The position numbers and the translations under genes were made by a program. Below are positions 1-7,123 of a stretch of DNA of 35,956 nucleotides, in pieces. The notes beneath the pieces were generated by a model. It saw only the letters and a program-made list of their open reading frames with translations. It was not told the origin of the DNA and ran no database searches. Location: IMG/VR virus record IMGVR_UViG_3300020409_000043, positions 1 through 35,956 of that record; one strand, 5' to 3'. Numbering within the stretch: the stretch's first letter is position 1; every line of letters starts with the position of its first letter. This DNA is from a virus (lineage: Duplodnaviria > Caudoviricetes).

Positions 1-342
1 TTCATTTACCATGGTGATGCCAGGAATAAATCTTCCGAACTCTGTGGATTGTATATCTCTGCTGTCTTTGTAATACAGATCGTGATTGCCTGGAAAGAAA
101 TAAAAATTATCGAACGCTTTACCTATCTTTTCTAAACTTCTAATGGATGCGTCCATTGTTGTGATGTTTACACTGTTTCTGTTGTGATGCCAGTCACCAC
201 AAAACATTCCTGTTTCACAGCCATGCTGTTTAGCAAGGTCTATGTACCAGTCAACAAATTCTTCGCAATCGTCGTTGTGTAACTTTGAGTTGGATTTCAA
301 GCCAAAGTGTATGTCAGTAAAAACCGCTAATTTCTTGAACAA
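1..342 (-). CDS. gp47: Recombination endonuclease subunit, T4 gp47 / Mre11-SbcD metallophosphoesterase family (5' part; runs off the window edge)
   Basis: Not in the ORF track; translated by hand from TTG at 342, with an AGGAG RBS at 350-354: MFKKLAVFTDIHFGLKSNS...GMFCGDWHHNR...FFPGNHDLYYK. It carries the DxH, GD and GNHD phosphoesterase motifs and lies next to gp55, as in many T4-like phages. Confidence 0.9.
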   Translation of the reverse strand, partial: MFKKLAVFTDIHFGLKSNSKLHNDDCEEFVDWYIDLAKQHGCETGMFCGDWHHNRNSVNITTMDASIRSLEKIGKAFDNFYFFPGNHDLYYKDSRDIQSTEFGRFIPGITMVNE

Positions 343-364
343 AATAATTCTCCTACTTGTCTAC

Positions 365-393
365 AGCATAAACTAAAACTGTTTATGTGTCAA
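365..393 (-). promoter_or_regulatory. Sigma70-type promoter upstream of gp47
   Basis: Minus strand reads TTGACA (393-388), a 17-nt spacer, then TATGCT (370-365). It sits immediately after the gp55 stop codon and upstream of the gp47 RBS. Confidence 0.75.
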
Positions 394-1233
394 CTACTTC
401 TTCTTCTTTTTGGCAAATTTTTTCTGGACAGGTTTTTTGGCAGGTGGTTTAGTATCCTGTGTCTGTCTTGTCATGCTAGGCATCATGTCATTCATTTCTA
501 AAATATCATCTCGTATGTTTTGATTTCTTTTTTCGATATTGATTATTCTTACAAATGAATTTGTAACTGCCGCCGTGTAGTATGCAAATGGATTGTTTGA
601 TTTAGATTCATCAAACTGCAAACCAATCTGTGCAAGTTGCAATATGGCTTGTCCTTGCATTTCATCGTTGTACGTGTAACCTCGAACGTTACCTCTTGTG
701 GCATAACGTTCACAAAGTTTCATCCACATACGTGCCAATTCGTTTGTGGCTTGTCCTGAATCTTTATTGAATTTACCGTTGTGTAGTCCACCTTCCCAAT
801 GGCTCTTTCCTACACACACCAAATTACCTTTTTTGTCATATTTGAAATGTTGGAACGGTGGAAAATTTACTTTTTCTTTCCTGTCAGCAACAGTTCTTGG
901 ATTACGTTTCCTGCCAGGATCGTCCGGCACATGGTCATAAGTCATAACCCTAAACACCAAATCATCCTTCTGTATCTTTCTGTAATCGATCTCGCACTCG
1001 CTCAGTTTGGTCTTTGGATTTGCTTTCTTGCGTATTTCGTAGTCAATCTGTGTTAATTTTTTGGCTTTGTTACGCTTTGCCTGTGCCACAGTCCTTATGT
1101 TTATACTGCCAATATCCTTTACAATAAGGTCGTAATCTGTGTACTTGGCGTCTATAAAACTACAAAATGAACTTTTTGACTTGTGAATCTCTTCTAAAAG
1201 GTCTTTATTATTAAGGTAATTTACTTTTTTCAT
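394..1233 (-). CDS. gp55: Late-transcription sigma factor, T4 gp55-like
   Basis: N-terminal NYLNNKDLL, and core ...RGYTYNDEM...FDESKSNNPFAYYTAAVTNSFVRIINIEKRNQNIRDD, typical of gp55. Adjacent to gp47, and TAAATA late cores occur in the window. Confidence 0.88.
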   Translation of the reverse strand: MKKVNYLNNKDLLEEIHKSKSSFCSFIDAKYTDYDLIVKDIGSINIRTVAQAKRNKAKKLTQIDYEIRKKANPKTKLSECEIDYRKIQKDDLVFRVMTYDHVPDDPGRKRNPRTVADRKEKVNFPPFQHFKYDKKGNLVCVGKSHWEGGLHNGKFNKDSGQATNELARMWMKLCERYATRGNVRGYTYNDEMQGQAILQLAQIGLQFDESKSNNPFAYYTAAVTNSFVRIINIEKRNQNIRDDILEMNDMMPSMTRQTQDTKPPAKKPVQKKFAKKKKK

Positions 1234-1259
1234 TAATACTTTCTATTAGTTATCTTCAC

Positions 1260-1288
1260 AGTATAATATACGCACTTAATTTTGTCAA
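1260..1288 (-). promoter_or_regulatory. Sigma70-type promoter driving gp55
   Basis: Minus strand reads TTGACA (1288-1283), a 17-nt spacer, then TATACT (1265-1260), about 27 nt upstream of the gp55 ATG. Confidence 0.8.
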
Positions 1289-1294
1289 TAAATA
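1287..1294 (+). promoter_or_regulatory. T4-like late promoter core (AATAAATA) for the baseplate operon
   Basis: Matches the T4 late consensus TATAAATA at 7 of 8 positions; followed by AAGGA and the ATG at 1311. The same TAAATA core recurs before five other structural genes. Confidence 0.7.
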
Positions 1295-1310
1295 AATGTA
1301 AGGACACAAA

Positions 1311-2222
1311 ATGGCAATAAACAAAGATTTAAAAAATATCACGACCAACCTTAAGGGTGCATTGACAGATGCCCAGCCTGCCATTGACAAGGTTGGAAAT
1401 ACCATCGGAAATACAATTAACAACCTAGCAAGTAATGTTAAAGACATAGGAAGTAATTTTCTAAACATTGGTAAATTCAAAAGAATGAAAAGTGAATTGA
1501 CCAAAGTCAAAGACGGTTTATTAAGTTTTGAGAAAAGTGCCAATGCAATCATAACCAATCCGGACGGAAAAGTAGGCAATAAGGACTGGAGAGTGAGCGT
1601 GTCAGTTCCAAGTAGAATACAGGAATACATGATGGGTGGTTCTCTTTTGGATCCATTAAAAAGAACAAATATGCGATGCGTGTTTCCATACACTCCAACA
1701 GTCCTAGTATCACATAGTGCAAACTATAACGCAATGCAACCACTACACACAAATTATCCTTATTATGCATATGAAAATTCACGTGTTGATCAAATCACAA
1801 TTACGGCAGACTTTTTTGTGCAAAATGAAGCAGAAGCAAAATATTGGATAGCGATGGTTCACTTCTTTAAAACTGTGACGAAAATGAACTACGGCGGCTC
1901 TGATCCAGACAGAGGTTTACCACCACCGGTGTGCAGATTGAACGGTTATGGGGAATACACATTTAACAATGTGCCTGTGATAGTTACAAACTTTCAGTTT
2001 GATTTGAAAAAAGATGTAGACTATATATCCACAAAATTGCAAGGCGGAACAACTTCTAACTTGGACTTCGCAGTCGGCGATCAAGGAGTCGCTTGGGCGC
2101 CATCGGAAAGTTTAGTAACAGTTGGATTGATACCACAATACAGCAGAACTAAACAAGGCGAATTCAATTTAAGATCATTTGTAAAAGGTGAATCAACTTT
2201 AGGTAAGGACGGATTTATTTAA
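1311..2222 (+). CDS. Baseplate tail-tube initiator/cap-like protein (gp48/gp54, contractile-injection tube-initiator type)
   Basis: Motifs FPYTPTV...ITITADFFVQ...PPPVCRLNGYGEYTFNNVPVIVTNFQFDL. Lies directly before a gp53-like gene, the hub and the spike, the canonical contractile baseplate order. Confidence 0.6.
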   Translation: MAINKDLKNITTNLKGALTDAQPAIDKVGNTIGNTINNLASNVKDIGSNFLNIGKFKRMKSELTKVKDGLLSFEKSANAIITNPDGKVGNKDWRVSVSVPSRIQEYMMGGSLLDPLKRTNMRCVFPYTPTVLVSHSANYNAMQPLHTNYPYYAYENSRVDQITITADFFVQNEAEAKYWIAMVHFFKTVTKMNYGGSDPDRGLPPPVCRLNGYGEYTFNNVPVIVTNFQFDLKKDVDYISTKLQGGTTSNLDFAVGDQGVAWAPSESLVTVGLIPQYSRTKQGEFNLRSFVKGESTLGKDGFI

Positions 2223-2524
2223 TGACGAAATATAGTGCAACAAGTCCTTATGGTGCGACAGGCTTCGATGCTGAAGACCATCTAGGTTATTTCAAAATAA
2301 GACCAATACCATCACAAGCAGATGATTATTTGTACACTGTGGAACCACAGTACAATCACAGACCAGACTTGTTGGCATATGACTTATACGACGACCCAAA
2401 ACTATGGTGGGTATTTGCACAAAGAAATATGGACGTGTTGATAGATCCGGTTTATGATTTGATTCCAGGAACTCAAATTTATATTCCTAAAGGGCCTCAA
2501 TTACGTTCTTTATTAGGAATATAA
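2222..2524 (+). CDS. gp53: Baseplate wedge protein, gp53 / LysM-like
   Basis: YTVEPQYNHRPDLLAYDLYDDPKLWWVFAQRN...LIPGTQIYIP is the gp53/P2-gpX LysM-like signature. Confidence 0.85.
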   Translation: MTKYSATSPYGATGFDAEDHLGYFKIRPIPSQADDYLYTVEPQYNHRPDLLAYDLYDDPKLWWVFAQRNMDVLIDPVYDLIPGTQIYIPKGPQLRSLLGI

Positions 2525-2528
2525 ATTG

Positions 2529-5168
2529 ATGAAAGTTTATACCAAGATAGTTTACGACAAAGACGATAATATAATAGAAGAACATTCTTACGATTACAAT
2601 GGTCCTGTTGCCCAGGCTAGATTTAAGAAAGGTCCTGGACAAATAAAAAATGAGGCAAAAGGATACTTCCATAAAGGATCTAATATAGATTCAAGTCTTA
2701 AATCAAAGTTTAAAACGAGGTTTAGTGGCAAGAAAAAAATTATTGAAAATAAATCTGTAAATTTAATGGATGAAGTTGCTCTTACAGGTGGAGCAACAAT
2801 TGCCACTGATGCCAATGATGGATTTGTCTCTATGACACAATCTGATAGTGATGCACAACCAGTTTTCAAGAGAAAATTAATTCCTAATCCATTACACGAT
2901 TTTGCCACAGTAAACCATGTCATCACTTTAGCAATATTAGATGCACAGGAAATTAATTTTACCGGAGTAGTGGTTAAGAACGGACCAAAGTATCCTGTGG
3001 CTCAAACGGCAGGCAGAGTTGGGCGAGATCCTACAGCATTCGGGTCTGCTGGTTTGAATTTAGAAATGCTGATAGATAATCTTAATGTAGAGGCAGTGGT
3101 GGCTCCTACTCCACAAAATAGAACAGCACAGGCGACAAATATCACGTTCGAAGTGATAGAACCTTTTAGTATAGGTGTGTTTTTTCAAGCAATGAAAATA
3201 CAAGCCATCAAAGCATATGGACCAGATGCAGACTATTTGACAGTGCCATTTGCATTAATTATAGATTTCAAAGGATATGACGACGAAGGCAACGTTTCTA
3301 AAAATGATAAAAATTTAAGACAACTAAGGAGAGTGATTCCAATTGGAATGAGGAACGTAGAGATGACAGCCAATCAAGCAGGAGGTAGATATTCTTGCCA
3401 AGCCTATCCTTGGAACGAAATGGGACTTCGTGATGCATTTGTTTCTATCAAACAACAAGTGACGCTTACTGGGACCACTGTTCATGAATTATTACAGAGT
3501 GGTGAAGACAGCCTAATGAATCAACTAAACAGTATAGGGTCAGACAAGAAAGCAAAACAAAAGAAAACTAAAAAAGATGAAACAACGGAAGAAATACCAC
3601 ATGAATCGACTGTTGTATTTTTTCCTGAACCTTTTGGAGTAGACAACGACACGTTGGTGCCTTCAGAAGAAGACATATCGGCATTAAACGAAGACAGAGC
3701 CACTCGCGTCTACCATACGGATTTTTCAACTGAGCCAGATGATTATTCAACACAATTTTCAACACGTAAAGCAGACAAGCAACTTACAACTATTTTTAGC
3801 ACAGGACAAAGCGGTGCAATAAACGTAAGTAATTTTTTAGGAAGTGCGGTTGGAGACGGTGGAGGATTGAGACTTAATCAGGGAAAGGGCAATGCTTTTT
3901 TTGGAAATGAAATAGGCAAATCTAAAATGCTTACCGCCGGCACTAATCCTTATAACAGCAAAAAATTTGCTGATTCAGACGTTGTTTATAACAAAGAAAC
4001 AAAAACATTTGACAGAGGCAAAAGTCAGACTTCATTTTTAGATAATAAGATAACCATGAAGTTCGAAAAAGGAACTAAAGTTACAGATATAATTGAAAAT
4101 GTAATTTTATTTTCAGAATATGGACAGAGCATAGGAATGGCTCATGATGGAAATAAACGCAGAACGCCTTTTGTGCCTTGGTTTAGAATTCATCCACAAT
4201 GTTGGCAATTAAGAGATAGTTTTGTTAGAAAACATACAGGTAGAGATCCGGTCGTGTTCACTTACAATGTGATCCCTTATGAAGTCGCGGAATCAATGTT
4301 TGTCGATCCTACGGATTTTCCTAAGGGTTTCGATTTACTTCAGTCTTCTGTAAGAAAAAAATATGATTATCTTTACACAGGCATTAATAAGGATATCCTT
4401 AATTTCGATATTAATTATAGATTTACATTCTTTGATCAACAAAGAGAAAGACCCAATGTAACAAGTAATACAAGTGACGTAGGTAAAGGTACAAGAGTAG
4501 AAACTGATGTGGTGGCAGGTAAAGATTCTAAATTTGAATTCTTTCCAAGATCGCAGACAGTGGTTTCAGCGGGTTCGGCCCAGGCGATTGCTGAAGATAA
4601 TAGTTCAAGGGCAAGTGGCTTAGATGCGGATTCTCCAGAAGTACAAGTGGCAAGACAATTTAATGAAAAAATAGTAAACAGTAATGTTGACCTTTTACAA
4701 CTGCAATTACGTATAATTGGTGACACATATTTTTTACCTAACAGTGGAATGGGTAATTTAGTTGTAACAGATTCAAGAAAACGTAACAGTGCAATAGAAT
4801 TTGGTGAACGTGAAATGGATTACCTAAACACGCAAGTACACGTTGAAGTAAATTTTAACACGCCTGTAGATATAAATGAACAGACAGGAGATATGAATTT
4901 AGGTGCAATCAAACTTCAAGAACAAAAGCAAAATATTAAACTTGGAGTATTCAGTGCCATTTATAGAGTAACTAAAGTACGAAGCGAGTTTGTTGGAGGA
5001 AAATTTGAACAGGATCTAGAATTGGTTGCTCCTGCGTCTATGACACTCGGTCAAAAAGAAACTAAATCAACTTCAAAAGCAACTACCAAGAAAACAGATA
5101 CGGGCGATATTAAACTTGAAAATGATGGGTTTATTAAATCTGGCACAATAACGGACGGAGTGGCATAA
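2529..5168 (+). CDS. Baseplate hub protein (gp27 / P2 gpD / Mu gp44-like), extended
   Basis: Lies between gp53 and the gp5 spike. The C-terminus has LQLRIIGDTYF and YRVTKVRSEFVGGKFEQDLELV, typical of hub beta-barrel ends. Start taken at ATG 2529 (the ORF track uses TTG 2526). Confidence 0.65.
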   Translation: MKVYTKIVYDKDDNIIEEHSYDYNGPVAQARFKKGPGQIKNEAKGYFHKGSNIDSSLKSKFKTRFSGKKKIIENKSVNLMDEVALTGGATIATDANDGFVSMTQSDSDAQPVFKRKLIPNPLHDFATVNHVITLAILDAQEINFTGVVVKNGPKYPVAQTAGRVGRDPTAFGSAGLNLEMLIDNLNVEAVVAPTPQNRTAQATNITFEVIEPFSIGVFFQAMKIQAIKAYGPDADYLTVPFALIIDFKGYDDEGNVSKNDKNLRQLRRVIPIGMRNVEMTANQAGGRYSCQAYPWNEMGLRDAFVSIKQQVTLTGTTVHELLQSGEDSLMNQLNSIGSDKKAKQKKTKKDETTEEIPHESTVVFFPEPFGVDNDTLVPSEEDISALNEDRATRVYHTDFSTEPDDYSTQFSTRKADKQLTTIFSTGQSGAINVSNFLGSAVGDGGGLRLNQGKGNAFFGNEIGKSKMLTAGTNPYNSKKFADSDVVYNKETKTFDRGKSQTSFLDNKITMKFEKGTKVTDIIENVILFSEYGQSIGMAHDGNKRRTPFVPWFRIHPQCWQLRDSFVRKHTGRDPVVFTYNVIPYEVAESMFVDPTDFPKGFDLLQSSVRKKYDYLYTGINKDILNFDINYRFTFFDQQRERPNVTSNTSDVGKGTRVETDVVAGKDSKFEFFPRSQTVVSAGSAQAIAEDNSSRASGLDADSPEVQVARQFNEKIVNSNVDLLQLQLRIIGDTYFLPNSGMGNLVVTDSRKRNSAIEFGEREMDYLNTQVHVEVNFNTPVDINEQTGDMNLGAIKLQEQKQNIKLGVFSAIYRVTKVRSEFVGGKFEQDLELVAPASMTLGQKETKSTSKATTKKTDTGDIKLENDGFIKSGTITDGVA

Positions 5169-6616
5169 TGAAATTAGACAAAAGGCAGTCATTAAACAAA
5201 GCAATAGAAAAAAATGCTGGTCCATACGAAGCCAAAGTTGTCAATGTGCTTGACCCTGTGTATAGCGGATCAATTGAAGTGGAACTGTTGCGTAGCACAG
5301 ATTCAGGTGCAGGAGAAGGTACAGGACAAAAAGTTGTTTGTAGATATCTACATCCTTTCTATGGCACAACTCATGTGCGTGGATTAACAAAAAATGATGG
5401 ATACTCAGACAGCCAACAAAGTTATGGTATGTGGTTTGTTCCACCCGATGTAGGCAACAGAGTATTAGTAATGTTTGTGGAGGGTAACATCAACAGAGCA
5501 TTCTGGATTGGCTGTGTGCAACAAGCAACAATGAATTTTATGTTGCCTGATGGAAGACCAGCAACGACAACGACTGATACCGAAGATGCTAGTTTAATTG
5601 GAAAAAAATTACCAGTAGGCGAACACAATAAATTAAGACAGAGTGACACAACAATTACAAATCCTCTTAATCTTAAAAAGCCAATCAATATTTTATTTAA
5701 GGCAGTCTTAGATACGCAAGGATTAACAGCAGATGAAACAAGAGGTTTGACAACTTCTAGTGCAAGGAGAGAAGTTCCAAGTTCGGTATTTGGAATAAGC
5801 ACACCTGGACCACTGGATAAAAGCGTTGTGTCAGGAGAATTTGCTACATCAAGGTTGGGTGGCACATCAATAGTAATGGATGACGGTGATGACAAATTTA
5901 TTAGAAAAACAAAAGCAGGTGAAGGAAAATATGAATATGTAAATGTAGAAGGCACTGAAACAAGCACAGAAGGTGATGCGACAGTACCACACAACGAATT
6001 ATTTAGAATCAGGACACGTACAGGACATCAAATACTTTTACATAATTCAGAAGATTTAGTTTATGTTGCTAATGCAAATGGATCTGCGTGGATAGAAATG
6101 ACGTCAAGTGGAAAAGTTGACATATTTGCCAACGACAGTGTAAGTGTTCACAGTAAAGGTGATTTCAATTTTAAAACAGATAGAGATTTTAATCTTGAAG
6201 CAAATAGGAATATTAATTTAAAAGCAAGTACAATTAACACAGAAGTAGGAACAGAAAATTTAAAAGTAGCAGGAACACAAACTAATCAGATAGGAGCAAC
6301 ACAAAATACAACTGTAGGTGCTACATCCAATCTTTATGCTGGTGCAAACGTAAACATCGATGTTGGTGGACTTGTGAATATTGCTAATGGCGTGTTTTCT
6401 GGAGCGCCGGTCACAGATTTATCTGTGTTTACTAATCCAGGAGAAACAACAGATTCTATAATGAAACGTATTCCACAGCATGAGCCTTGGACCCATCATG
6501 AAAATTATGATCCAATTGCGGTTGCTATGGACAAAACTGATAGAGATGTGGCTGATCAAATAGTAGTTGCTGAGCCAACCAACATTCCAGACACATTTAA
6601 AAATGCAAGGACGTAA
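5168..6616 (+). CDS. gp5: Baseplate central spike, gp5/VgrG-like (OB-fold plus beta-helix, no lysozyme domain)
   Basis: OB-fold motif YGMWFVPPDVGNRVLVMFVEGNINRAFWIGC, then RIRTRTGHQILLH, beta-helix-like repeats (DFNFKTDRDFNLEANRNINLKA) and a His-rich tip RIPQHEPWTHHEN. Confidence 0.85.
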   Translation: MKLDKRQSLNKAIEKNAGPYEAKVVNVLDPVYSGSIEVELLRSTDSGAGEGTGQKVVCRYLHPFYGTTHVRGLTKNDGYSDSQQSYGMWFVPPDVGNRVLVMFVEGNINRAFWIGCVQQATMNFMLPDGRPATTTTDTEDASLIGKKLPVGEHNKLRQSDTTITNPLNLKKPINILFKAVLDTQGLTADETRGLTTSSARREVPSSVFGISTPGPLDKSVVSGEFATSRLGGTSIVMDDGDDKFIRKTKAGEGKYEYVNVEGTETSTEGDATVPHNELFRIRTRTGHQILLHNSEDLVYVANANGSAWIEMTSSGKVDIFANDSVSVHSKGDFNFKTDRDFNLEANRNINLKASTINTEVGTENLKVAGTQTNQIGATQNTTVGATSNLYAGANVNIDVGGLVNIANGVFSGAPVTDLSVFTNPGETTDSIMKRIPQHEPWTHHENYDPIAVAMDKTDRDVADQIVVAEPTNIPDTFKNART

Positions 6617-6620
6617 GGAT

Positions 6621-6628
6621 AGTAAATA
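6621..6628 (+). promoter_or_regulatory. Late promoter core (AGTAAATA) before gp25
   Basis: TAAATA at 6623-6628 in the short intergenic gap, 5 nt before the ATG at 6634. Confidence 0.55.
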
Positions 6629-6633
6629 GTAAT

Positions 6634-7074
6634 ATGTCAGAGAAAAAATTATATAAGGATGTCACAGTAACAAAGGGAAGATTGCCAACTGCTACTCCCA
6701 CACAAAGAGCATACAGAGGTATAAGCACAGCCAATAATGATAACCAGAAATTTGGCTTGTACGATGTTGGACTTATCAAGCAGGACCTAATTAATCATTT
6801 TCACATATCGCAGGGTGAAAAACTTGAAAATCCTACGTTTGGCACTATAATTTGGGACGTGATACATGACCCAATGACACCAGATTTAGAAGATGCAATC
6901 AAAGAAGATGTAATGAATATTATTAACAATGACCCAAGGGTGAGAGCCTCACAGGTGCTGATTACTCCTTTTGAGTCCGGCTTACAGATAGAAGTCGACC
7001 TGGAGTATCTAAAATATAATGTGTCAGAGAAACTAAGATTGACCTTTGACGAAAAGAATGGATTAATGAATTAA
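6634..7074 (+). CDS. gp25: Baseplate wedge subunit gp25 (GPW/gp25 family)
   Basis: IKQDLINHFHISQGEKLENPTFGTIIWDVIHDP...IINNDPRV matches the GPW_gp25 pattern; lies between gp5 and gp6. Confidence 0.88.
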   Translation: MSEKKLYKDVTVTKGRLPTATPTQRAYRGISTANNDNQKFGLYDVGLIKQDLINHFHISQGEKLENPTFGTIIWDVIHDPMTPDLEDAIKEDVMNIINNDPRVRASQVLITPFESGLQIEVDLEYLKYNVSEKLRLTFDEKNGLMN

Positions 7075-7094
7075 ATGCGTACTTTACTAACTCA

Positions 7095-7102
7095 AATAAA
7101 TA
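7095..7102 (+). promoter_or_regulatory. Late promoter core (AATAAATA) before gp6
   Basis: TAAATA at 7097-7102, followed by an AAGGA RBS and the ATG at 7124. Confidence 0.65.
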
Positions 7103-7123
7103 ATGGTATAAAAAGGAAAGTTC

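Noticed and set aside
2519-2527. TATAAATT before the hub gene (and AATAAATG at ~25991) as late promoters
   Set aside because: They mismatch the TAAATA core and overlap stop/start codons in AT-rich sequence, so they could be chance.
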